From NCBI GenBank assembly GCA_038279365.1, contig JAYODI010000084.1, forward strand, positions 1 through 24,601: a DNA stretch of 24,601 nucleotides, in the 5' to 3' direction. This DNA is from Candidatus Latescibacterota bacterium (GTDB lineage: Bacteria > Latescibacterota > UBA2968). The position numbers were made by a program, and so were the translations under genes. The notes beneath the pieces were generated by a model. That model ran no database searches, was not told the origin of the DNA, and saw only the letters and a program-made list of their open reading frames with translations. Below, piece after piece: positions 9,961-18,095 of the stretch. The number at the start of each line of letters is the position of its first letter. The stretch's first letter is position 1.

Positions 9961-10049
9961 ACAAAATTGCGATGGTTTCCTTTGCCTCCGCGATTCACAA
10001 ATCCCGCCGCTTCGAGATCTCTAATTAATTCTCTAAGCTTTCGTGGCAT
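9956..10049 (-). pseudogene. hicA: 5' remnant of a HicA toxin gene
   Basis: MPRKLRELIRDLEAAGFVNRGGKGNHRNFVH is the HicA N-terminus with the G(S/N)H motif. Similarity stops at about codon 31. Confidence 0.75.
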
Positions 10050-10132
10050 CTTTAAAACCATGTTTAGTTTTATCGATATTGTTTGATAAATATGGTCAAA
10101 TATTTGGTTTGGTGCAATGGTGATTGTGAATT

Positions 10133-10513
10133 TTAGGCTGAACGGCGATGTTTGACGGCTGTGACCAATAAAAAACCACCGAACAGAACAACGGCACCAA
10201 TGAGCGACGATTGCCAGACGCGTTTTCCAGGTACTGGGATGCGTTGACGAAGGGTTTGCCAGGCGCGTTTGATGGGGTTACGCGTTTCGGTTTGGCCCAA
10301 TATTTCTTGCAAAAGTGTTTCGGGTGCATCATAACTGGGAAGGGTATGGTAAGAGAGTACCAAGGCATTGGCCTCTTCTCTTACAGTCTGACAGCGTTCA
10401 CATTCTTTGAGGTGTGTTTCCCAAAAGATGCGGTGTTGTTCGGGCATATCACCGTCGAGAAAAGCCCAAATAATTTGGTTAAATCGGTTACAAATTTGAT
10501 CGGTTTCGGCCAT
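10133..10513 (-). CDS. Zinc-finger (ZAS/zf-HC2-like) membrane anti-sigma factor
   Basis: AFLDGDM...HLKECERC (HxxxCxxC), C-terminal hydrophobic helix, located downstream of the ECF sigma gene. Confidence 0.8.
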   Translation of the reverse strand: MAETDQICNRFNQIIWAFLDGDMPEQHRIFWETHLKECERCQTVREEANALVLSYHTLPSYDAPETLLQEILGQTETRNPIKRAWQTLRQRIPVPGKRVWQSSLIGAVVLFGGFLLVTAVKHRRSA

Positions 10514-10550
10514 CCTATGCTCCTGTGCAACATTTGGTTTAATGCCAAAG

Positions 10551-10633
10551 GCTGTTAGCCATTAGCGTTTAGCAACCCGTCCACTTTCCACGTCAGGGTT
10601 ATGGTTTAAGCTGACTGCTGATCGCTGACTGCT
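10551..10633. repeat. Inverted pair of heptamer tandem arrays
   Basis: Left arm GC-TGTTAGC-CATTAGC-GTTTAGC (10551-10573). Right arm GCTGACT-GCTGATC-GCTGACT-GCT (10610-10633). Inner AACCC/GGGTT pair. Confidence 0.6.
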
Positions 10634-10647
10634 TGATTCTACTTTGG

Positions 10648-11214
10648 CTATTCGAATTGCTTGTGTTCATCAAAGAGCGGTTTGAGAATGGGTTTTATTT
10701 TGGCAACCGCATAGCGCATTTGGCTGATAATGGTGCTGATAGAAACGCCTTCTTGTTCGGCAATTTCTCTAAATCGCATGTTGGCATGGGTGCGCAATAA
10801 AAAGACCCGGCGTTGTTCTTCGGGTAATTCTGATAAGGCATGTTCTATACGGCGTGTGAGGTCGTTTCTTTCGGCTTCTTCATCGGGGCGCAAGGTTGGG
10901 CTAAAGGCCACATCAATGAGTGTGTCGTCTGTGGTGATGTGGCGTTGTCTTACAACATCACGGCGCTTGGTGTCGCGTGCCACATTGTTGGCAATGCGAA
11001 AAAGCCAATGGTGAAAGGTGCCTTCCTCACGGTATTGGGGCAGGGCCTTTAAGATGCGCAGGCTGGTTTCTTGAAACAAATCGTCTGCGCGATCGGGCGC
11101 ACCTGTAAGACGCAACAAGAAGGTGTAGAGCGCGTTTTGGTGGCGGCGCAAGAGCGTCTCAAAAACCTCTTTGTCACCTTTTTGATATTTTTTGATGAGT
11201 TCTGCATCTGTCAT
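10648..11214 (-). CDS. ECF-type RNA polymerase sigma-70 factor
   Basis: Region 2 ADDLFQET...FHHWLFRIANN and region 4 LPEEQRRVFLLR...FREIAE. Confidence 0.93.
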   Translation of the reverse strand: MTDAELIKKYQKGDKEVFETLLRRHQNALYTFLLRLTGAPDRADDLFQETSLRILKALPQYREEGTFHHWLFRIANNVARDTKRRDVVRQRHITTDDTLIDVAFSPTLRPDEEAERNDLTRRIEHALSELPEEQRRVFLLRTHANMRFREIAEQEGVSISTIISQMRYAVAKIKPILKPLFDEHKQFE

Positions 11215-11315
11215 ATTGAAGGCCTCTTACCATAAAACGCAGAGGAGATGGATTTTGTTTTAATGGGTGAATCAATGGTGTGAACTTATCACACATTGCT
11301 TCATTTTGGCAAGTG

Positions 11316-12269
11316 TTAATCTATGAATGATTTGACATGTGTGTTATAGATGGCGAGATAGATTTCGCCACGCGCTGTCAGACGCCAAATGGGGTCTTGG
11401 GGTTTGTGCAAACGCTGTCGCCCCCAAGACCAGGTTGCGGCGAGTAGCAATAGGTCTTTGACGACATGTTTTTCTGCTGGGGTAAAAGGGCGGCTTTTGT
11501 TGTAGGCTTTAAAAAATGCAATTAGATTGATGTGCTCTATATGATTGGTTGTTGTTTTAAGATCAAAGTGCCCTGCCCAACGAATGGCCGACAAACACAG
11601 GTCAAATAAAAAGGTTCCGGGGATGAGTTCAAAGTCGATGAGACCTGTGAGGTGGTTGTTGTCGAATAAGACATTGCCTGGGGTGGCATCGGTATGCATG
11701 AAACCATAGGGTAAGTTTGTTTGTTGATGCCAGCGATTGTCAAGGTTTGCCAAAGCTTCTTCTGCGGCTTCGCGAATGTCTGAACGGTTCATGCCAAAGG
11801 TATTCCACTCGGCTTGAATGCGGTTGAGACTATTGGTGATGCGAGCGCGCAGATCTGCTGGAGAAGGAATGTTGGGTAGGGTTTGTTGGAGGTGATGGAA
11901 TTGACCTATGCAAAGGCCTGCTTGGGTGAGTCGGTCAAGGGTGATGTGATCCCAACTGGCTTGACCTTTGATAAAGGTCAAGGCTTGATAATATTTTCCA
12001 TCGTGTTGCGTGAGGTATTCGCCATTGCGGTTTTTGAGTGGTTTGGGACAAGTAAATCCGTGTGTGTGCAAGTGATCCATAATGCTACAGGACAATGTGT
12101 GTTGGCGACGCTGATCGTCATCTGATGCATATGTGAGGCATTTGATGATGTATGTTCCAGATACGTGATGGATAAACCATGCGGTGTTGGTGCCATCAAG
12201 TTGTGGCGCAATTTTTGAATGGGGTAGATTGAAAGCAGTGAGAACAGAGGTGAGTGCAGGCGTTGACAT
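11316..12269 (-). CDS. APH / type II homoserine kinase-like phosphotransferase
   Basis: Brenner-type HTDATPGNVLF and GLIDFE motifs. Likely start MSTPAL at 12269. The longer ORF call overlaps the upstream gene. Confidence 0.82.
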   Translation of the reverse strand: MSTPALTSVLTAFNLPHSKIAPQLDGTNTAWFIHHVSGTYIIKCLTYASDDDQRRQHTLSCSIMDHLHTHGFTCPKPLKNRNGEYLTQHDGKYYQALTFIKGQASWDHITLDRLTQAGLCIGQFHHLQQTLPNIPSPADLRARITNSLNRIQAEWNTFGMNRSDIREAAEEALANLDNRWHQQTNLPYGFMHTDATPGNVLFDNNHLTGLIDFELIPGTFLFDLCLSAIRWAGHFDLKTTTNHIEHINLIAFFKAYNKSRPFTPAEKHVVKDLLLLAATWSWGRQRLHKPQDPIWRLTARGEIYLAIYNTHVKSFID

Positions 12270-12327
12270 GGTTTTTATTGCTATAGATTTTAGATGGTTG
12301 TGTGGTTTTTGCGATTGTTTATGGCGT

Positions 12328-12798
12328 TTACTCTTCCGCCCATCCGCGTATGGTGACGATGGCATCGGTGAATGTGTTGTGTTTGCGATTGTAGATGAGA
12401 TACAATTTGAGTTGGCGTGTGACGAGGGGGTGATGTGAGGGGAGTGCGTCGAGCACGCTTTCGATGAGTAGGTTGTCAGTGTGAATGTGTGTGGCCAAAA
12501 AGGATTGGTTTTTGATGGCGGGCAGTTGGTAGGCTGCCATTTCTTTTTGTGCCCAACGTGAAAGTGTTTGAATTTTTTCATCGGTAATTTGATTTAAAAT
12601 GATTTCTCGTTGATCAATCCACACCAGTGCAACTTGTTGCATGACTTGTTTGTATTGAGACGCGTCACAGCGTTCCCAAGTTTCTTCTGGGATGGCTGCC
12701 ATTTCGGGGATGAAACGGACTTGTATAGGCGTCTGTGCTTTTTTACACGCAAAAAACAAGAGCAACAAACAGGTGCCAAATATTATGAATGTGCGCAT
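12328..12798 (-). CDS. Hypothetical lipoprotein
   Basis: MRTFIIFGTCLLLLFFAC lipobox-like signal. The start overlaps the murG 3' end. Confidence 0.7.
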   Translation of the reverse strand: MRTFIIFGTCLLLLFFACKKAQTPIQVRFIPEMAAIPEETWERCDASQYKQVMQQVALVWIDQREIILNQITDEKIQTLSRWAQKEMAAYQLPAIKNQSFLATHIHTDNLLIESVLDALPSHHPLVTRQLKLYLIYNRKHNTFTDAIVTIRGWAEE

Positions 12799-13847
12799 GT
12801 GATGGTGTGGATGATGTCTGCAATGGCGTCTCTATCGTTCCATTCAGACATGGCATTTTTAAGGTTGGGTTCTTTGGTTTTGAGTTCTGTGAGTGATTGG
12901 CGCAAGGTTTCGGGTGTGAGATCGTCTTCGGATAAAACGAGGCTGTAACCTGAGTTTTGAAAGGATTGGGCATTGAGAATTTGGTCGCCACGGCTCACGC
13001 GGGCTGAGAGTGGAATGAGCAAGGTGGGTTTGTGTAAGGTGAGGAGTTCAAAAAGCGTGGTGGCACCTGCACGTGAGACCACAAAATTTGCCATTGCAAA
13101 AAGATGGGAGAGGTCTTCGCTGACATATTCAAATTGGGCATACCCTTCTGTTTGATTCAGGTGGGTATCGATATTGTTGCGCCCACACAAGTGGCAAATT
13201 TGAAAAGTGTTGAGCAAATCGGGCAAGGCGGTGCGAATGGCTGTGTTGATGGCTTGTGAACCTTGGCTGCCCCCTATGATGAGAAGCGTGGGTTTATCGG
13301 ATGTAAAATTACAAATTTCGCGTCCTTTTTGTGCATTTCCTGTGCGCAATTCGGCACGTACAGGAATACCTGTGTGTGTGGCTTTTTCTGTGGGCAAGTG
13401 TTTGCCTGTTTCGGCAAAAGCATAACAGATGCGATGGGCAAATGGCAGGGCAAGTTTGTTGGCCAAGCCGGGTGTGATGTCTGATTCGTGGATGACAACG
13501 GGAATGCGCAACAGCCATGCGGCCCAGACCACGGGAGGGGTGACAAACCCACCTTTGCTGAAAACCACATCGGGTTTGATGCTTGCTAAAGTGAAAAATG
13601 CCTTGATGAACCCGAGTTTGATGCGCGCAATGTCGGTGATGTTTTGCCAGTCGATATAGCGACGCAGTTTGCCTGCAGGAATGGCGTGGTAGGGAATGTT
13701 TTCGGCTTCGATCAGATTGCGTTCTATGCCATCTTTTGTGCCGATGTAATGGATGTCATAACCTGCATGTTTGAGTGCGGGTAAAAGCGCAATGTTGGGT
13801 GTCACATGACCGGCTGTACCGCCGCCTGTGAGTACGATAGTGGGCAA
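12783..13847 (-). CDS. murG: Undecaprenyldiphospho-muramoylpentapeptide beta-N-acetylglucosaminyltransferase
   Basis: TGGGTAGHVTPN, GKLRRY, FSKGGFV, HESD, GIPVR, GGSQGS, SRAGATT and GDQILNA motifs. TTG start. Confidence 0.93.
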   Translation of the reverse strand: MPTIVLTGGGTAGHVTPNIALLPALKHAGYDIHYIGTKDGIERNLIEAENIPYHAIPAGKLRRYIDWQNITDIARIKLGFIKAFFTLASIKPDVVFSKGGFVTPPVVWAAWLLRIPVVIHESDITPGLANKLALPFAHRICYAFAETGKHLPTEKATHTGIPVRAELRTGNAQKGREICNFTSDKPTLLIIGGSQGSQAINTAIRTALPDLLNTFQICHLCGRNNIDTHLNQTEGYAQFEYVSEDLSHLFAMANFVVSRAGATTLFELLTLHKPTLLIPLSARVSRGDQILNAQSFQNSGYSLVLSEDDLTPETLRQSLTELKTKEPNLKNAMSEWNDRDAIADIIHTITCAHS

Positions 13848-13859
13848 TGGGTTTCTTTC

Positions 13860-14810
13860 TTAGGCTTTAATATATTGCATGGCTTCGGGTTTTTGCCACT
13901 TGCGTTGGTCTTCGATCCAGTCGTGATGTTTGAAGGCAGTTTGCACATCGGCAATGGCGGTTTCGATGACGTTTATTTTTTCTAAGTCTGCCACACCAAT
14001 GCCCAATTGGTTGCCATAATAAAGCAGGCCTTGTTCGAGGGGTTCATATCCCATGACTTTGGCCATAACGGCATCTGCGGCAAAAACATCGGCACTGGCG
14101 GCGGCCACGCCGAGGTTTACGGCATCGGTACCATCGGGGCCATTGCCTTGCAGACCCACGGTGCCATCAATGATGCTGATGTCGGGTGTGAGATATTTTG
14201 CAACGCGAATGAGGTTGATATTGATGGCTTGAGATTCTTGTGGGCGAAGGCGTTCTTTGTGGCTCATAAACCCGTGCATTTTGACGCGGTCTTCTTTGCG
14301 GAGGGTGCCCATAATCATGTTTTTGAGCGCGAGTGTGACCACACATACATCGTGTGTTTTGGCCACGGCTACTGAGATGGTGCATGGGCAATCGAGTACG
14401 GTTTTTGGCATGTGAACGTGGTATTCGGTACCGTCATTTAAAAAAATTGGTGTGGTTTCCCAACGGGTTTCTTGGTTGAGGTCGATGAGTTGAATGGGAA
14501 TATCATATTCATCTTTTAAGGCGTGATAACCAAAGTTTTTAAAGGCATCACCTGACACTTTTTCGTTTCCACCTTCGGCAATAATAATTTCTTTGGGTGG
14601 ATTGGGTGTGCTTAATAAAAAATCTATGGCCCCTCGCATGGCATCGGCCTGAGTGGTGGAGAGGGTGTTGCTGGATGATAAGAAGTTGGGTTTAAGAAGC
14701 ACTTGTTCGGTTATTTTGGGTGTGACATCTTTGCGAACCAGATCAAGTGCGCCATATATGTTGTCTCGGCGATTTTCGCGCCGTGCGAGACCGACGTTGA
14801 CTTTGGGCAT
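13860..14810 (-). CDS. DUF362 domain protein (probable Fe-S-associated)
   Basis: LLKPN, IAEG, AKTHD...TLALKNM and IIDG...GNGP motifs. Confidence 0.85.
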   Translation of the reverse strand: MPKVNVGLARRENRRDNIYGALDLVRKDVTPKITEQVLLKPNFLSSSNTLSTTQADAMRGAIDFLLSTPNPPKEIIIAEGGNEKVSGDAFKNFGYHALKDEYDIPIQLIDLNQETRWETTPIFLNDGTEYHVHMPKTVLDCPCTISVAVAKTHDVCVVTLALKNMIMGTLRKEDRVKMHGFMSHKERLRPQESQAININLIRVAKYLTPDISIIDGTVGLQGNGPDGTDAVNLGVAAASADVFAADAVMAKVMGYEPLEQGLLYYGNQLGIGVADLEKINVIETAIADVQTAFKHHDWIEDQRKWQKPEAMQYIKA

Positions 14811-14836
14811 GTGTTATCTCCAAAAAAGGTGCTGTT

Positions 14837-16582
14837 TTAATCGCGTTCCCATGGGAAGGCAAATGTGGGCTGGTTGACATAACGATCTGTTTTAAGTGTT
14901 AATTTTGCGCCGCTGCCAGGGGCGAGTCTTGTGAGTAGCCACGATGAATTTAAGTCGCGTGTTGTGCCATCGGTTTCGACGCTGGTGAATTGGTGTTCGG
15001 CATAGGCACCGGCTTGGATGATGACGTCGCGGTTTTCGGTTTGGCTGATGTTGACAAGTGAGAGGGTGACACTGTCTGCGGTGAGTGATTCGACCAAGGC
15101 GGCCACGTCTTGTGGCAGGCCAGGGCGTTGGTTTTGCAAGTCGAAATAGCGCACCCGTGCATGGAGAGGTTCACCATGACGGGGAGGCAAACCGCCCAAT
15201 TGTTGTTGGATAAGGGTGTTAACGGTTGTTGCTGGGTTGTAGGGTATGGGGTCATCGGATAAACGTGTGTCGGTGCTGGTGTTGTCGTTGCGTACTTGTT
15301 CCATTTTGTTGCGAATGCTGCCCAATGCGTGACGCAAAGACTCGGCGGGAAAGCTGTCGTTTTTGCCTTGCAGAAATTCGATCCACGGATTTTGAGGCAC
15401 GTATTTCAGATCGGCTTCATTTTGCGTCCAATAATAAACGTCTAAGGCTCCTTGACTATAAGGCTGGGATTTGTATCCATACCACCCGTCATCGCCATAC
15501 ATGTGAGGGTAAAGGGTTTGGCCGTTTTCTGTTTTGGTGTTGCTGTTGACGCTGTTGAGCATGGTGCCCCATACGTTGGGGTATTTTTGATTGCCAGTGA
15601 GTAAAAGGGCATTGCCAAAACCAGCCACACCGCGATAGATGGCGTTGCGGTCTGAAAGGGTGCCGTTTTGTGGCACGACAACGGTGAAGCCCCAGCCATA
15701 ACATCCGCCATACCATTTGCCATCACATTCACCACCGATGGTGCCATCGAGGCCAATGTTGGAGGGCAAAATACCGTTGTTCTGTGCGGCACGATCTGCC
15801 CATGCATCGACATATTCGAGCAACCATGTTTTGTATTTGTCTTCGCCAGTGAGGGCATAGGCATTGAGACCGAGTGTGGTGGCGGCTAAGTTGAGCGGCT
15901 GATCACCGACAACATCGGTATAGTCTTGAAAATGCATGAGCATTTCTTCAAATGTACGTTCGCCATGCCGTGGGTTTAAGAACCGTCCCTCAACTTCAAA
16001 GTTGTCGCCTGCCCAATCTAAGGCGGTGGCTTTGCGCAAAAGTGGGCCCCGACTGCCGTTAAAGAGGCTGCGAATGATTTTGTGCTGTGGATCGTAGTTG
16101 GTGGCTTGTGGGTCTTCGTCCATGTAAAAGCCAGCATAGCGGCGCGTGCGATGGCCAAACTCAATTTCGTGTGGATCGGAAAGCCCTTGAAGGTTAAAGA
16201 TGGTGAGGCTTTCGCCGTGGTGGAACCAATCGAAACAGGCCGGAAATTCTTTGTAGTACATGCCCGATCTGGCAATGGGCACATCAACGGTTACGGCTTC
16301 GGAATATTGCTGAATGTGACCTTCCCATGCTTGTTTGTAGAGGTCAAAAATATGTTGGGGGCCACCTAAAGTGTGTACCATGGAATAACCTGTGAGGTTT
16401 TCAATGGCATCATCGGGACCATCATTGCCTCCCCAACGCGGGATGCATTTGAGATACCCTCGGTTGTCAAAATAACGGTGATAAAAGATTTCGCAGGCGG
16501 TGACTTGGGCACGCATGAGTTCGCGTTGTAAAAGTGCCCAATCGGGAGGGGGCGTGGGTGATGAAATGGTGATTGCGGGCAT
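14837..16582 (-). CDS. Conserved hypothetical protein, 581 aa (aromatic/Gly-rich, enzyme-like)
   Basis: Long ORF with RBS GAAGGAG and tight operon spacing. Motifs such as RWGGNDGPDD and DWFHHGE. Function not assignable. Confidence 0.8.
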   Translation of the reverse strand: MPAITISSPTPPPDWALLQRELMRAQVTACEIFYHRYFDNRGYLKCIPRWGGNDGPDDAIENLTGYSMVHTLGGPQHIFDLYKQAWEGHIQQYSEAVTVDVPIARSGMYYKEFPACFDWFHHGESLTIFNLQGLSDPHEIEFGHRTRRYAGFYMDEDPQATNYDPQHKIIRSLFNGSRGPLLRKATALDWAGDNFEVEGRFLNPRHGERTFEEMLMHFQDYTDVVGDQPLNLAATTLGLNAYALTGEDKYKTWLLEYVDAWADRAAQNNGILPSNIGLDGTIGGECDGKWYGGCYGWGFTVVVPQNGTLSDRNAIYRGVAGFGNALLLTGNQKYPNVWGTMLNSVNSNTKTENGQTLYPHMYGDDGWYGYKSQPYSQGALDVYYWTQNEADLKYVPQNPWIEFLQGKNDSFPAESLRHALGSIRNKMEQVRNDNTSTDTRLSDDPIPYNPATTVNTLIQQQLGGLPPRHGEPLHARVRYFDLQNQRPGLPQDVAALVESLTADSVTLSLVNISQTENRDVIIQAGAYAEHQFTSVETDGTTRDLNSSWLLTRLAPGSGAKLTLKTDRYVNQPTFAFPWERD

Positions 16583-16597
16583 GGGTGAACTCCTTCG

Positions 16598-16993
16598 TTA
16601 GACATGCTTTTCTAAACTGCTGATGACATTGGGCAGATGGTCTTTGATGATGTAGTCGGTGACATTTGCTTGGGCTTTAACGCGTTCGATAAGCTTAGGA
16701 TCTTTTTCACCACTGAGTACCACAACGGGAATGCGTTTGAGTTCGTCGTCTATTAAGAGTTCGTCTATGGCACTCATGCCGCCTCGGCTGCCCATTTGGA
16801 GATCGAGCACAATAAGTTGGGGTTTGTGTGTGCGGGCTAAAGAGAGCACTTCGTCGCCATTGCGGGCTTCAATGGTTTGGTATTTGGCTTTTTTGAAGAC
16901 ACTGCTGACAATGGTGCGAATGGTGGCCACATCATCGGCTACAATTACTTTTTTGCTTTCGGTTTTTTTTGAAAAAATTTTAGACAAATTCAT
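16598..16993 (-). CDS. Single-domain response regulator (receiver)
   Basis: VIVADD, LIVLDLQM, VVVLS and DYIIK motifs. Confidence 0.88.
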   Translation of the reverse strand: MNLSKIFSKKTESKKVIVADDVATIRTIVSSVFKKAKYQTIEARNGDEVLSLARTHKPQLIVLDLQMGSRGGMSAIDELLIDDELKRIPVVVLSGEKDPKLIERVKAQANVTDYIIKDHLPNVISSLEKHV

Positions 16994-17003
16994 AATTTAT
17001 CTT

Positions 17004-17804
17004 TCACTTTTCCCAAGCAAGGGCATAGTTGCGTTCTTCGGGTTTGGGATGACCACCAGGGCCATATCCTTTGGTAGACTGTGATTCTTGTGTGAGGGGG
17101 ATAAAGGTATCTTTGATGCCTTGCTCTGTGACGTCAAAACGATAAAATCCCAATGTGGCATCGCCATCTGGCCATCTGTCTGCCCACTGTGGCATGGCAA
17201 TGCCTGCACAGCGGTAAAAGCGAATGCCCTCTACCATTTGCGGTGGGCGACGGCAGTGGATGTGCCCACTTAGGACGATATTGACATTGTTTTGTTTGAA
17301 TGCCTTAAATATGCGTTGTCGATGGGGAGGATCAATAGAAAAATACCAATCATGATATTCCTCTTTTTGGGTGATGTCCCATTTGGGTTCGTCGAGGGCA
17401 TCGACAAAGAGTGTATAATGCATGGTCATCACATGATATTGTGTTTTGGGCAAGGAAGGAAGTTCTTTTTCGAGCCACTCCCACATGCGTTTTTCGTGAG
17501 GCAGGTTGGAACCTGCGACTGCAGCATAAAACCCACTAAAACGCGTGTTTTTGTGTACAAAACTCCAAGGAAATTCGCCAAAGTGGTGGATAAAATTGTC
17601 GAGTTGTTCTGCTGTGACATTGAGGTGAATATCTTCACGCCCCGTAGCACCATTTTGTTGGGTGTGTTTGTTGCAGGTGTCCATGTTGCCAGGAATGGCA
17701 TAATAAGGATAGGGGAGGGCCTCGAGCTCTTGTTTGGCTTTTTCAAATTCGAAATCGTGGATAGAACCGTCTCGGGTGAGATCTCCGCCTACAAGCAGGA
17801 GGTC
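17004..17804 (-). pseudogene. Calcineurin-like metallophosphoesterase, 5'-truncated at the element junction
   Basis: Has motif II (DLLLVGGDLT), III (IPGNMD), IV (MTMH) and V (LSGHIH), but no motif I. Sequence upstream of DLLL is the antisense of a tRNA 3' half and a terminator. Confidence 0.8.
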
Positions 17805-17832
17805 ATTGGTTCGAATCCGATACCGCCCACCA
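17790..17832 (+). tRNA. 3' half only of tRNA-Val(TAC), an att-site fragment and not a functional tRNA
   Basis: TACAA-GCAGG-AGGTC-ATTGG-TTCGAAT-CCGAT-ACCGCCC-A-CCA gives the anticodon 3' side, variable loop, T arm, acceptor 3' strand and CCA. No GGGCGGT 5' strand or D arm upstream. Confidence 0.88.
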
Positions 17833-17840
17833 TAAAAATT

Positions 17841-17881
17841 ACCCTGGGAAGTGAAATTCAACTTCTCAGGGTTTTTATTTT
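17841..17881 (+). terminator. Terminator following the tRNA fragment
   Basis: ACCCTGGGAAGT / ACTTCTCAGGGT stem (one G-U pair) followed by TTTTATTTT. Confidence 0.8.
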
Positions 17882-17990
17882 GTATGTTGCAAAAACATAT
17901 ATTTTACCTATATTTATACACAGGTACTGATGGTGGGAAGACGGGAATTTTGCAGGAAATAACCTCAATGAGACGACCAGATGGGACATA

Positions 17991-18061
17991 CCCATAGATA
18001 CCGGTAAAGCCCCGTAAAAACCCGAAAATACCCATTTTGTATTGTTACATGTATTGTTACA
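17991..18061. repeat. att-arm repeats: 10-bp-period array plus perfect 12-bp tandem
   Basis: CCCATAGATA/CCGGTAAAGC/CCCGTAAAAA/CCCGAAAATA/CCCATTTTGT, then TGTATTGTTACA twice (18038-18049, 18050-18061). Confidence 0.7.
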
Positions 18062-18095
18062 GAATGAAGATGTCCTTCTGTGAAAGGAGATCCAG

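Noticed and set aside
9876-10061. Intact 61-aa HicA
   Set aside because: The C-terminal half is an out-of-frame reading of the hicB remnant.
12270-12581. N-terminal extension of the 421-aa ORF
   Set aside because: It overlaps the lipoprotein gene in another frame and has non-protein-like composition.
17757-17832. Complete tRNA-Val gene
   Set aside because: No 5' acceptor strand (GGGCGGT) or D arm. The upstream bases encode the phosphoesterase on the other strand.
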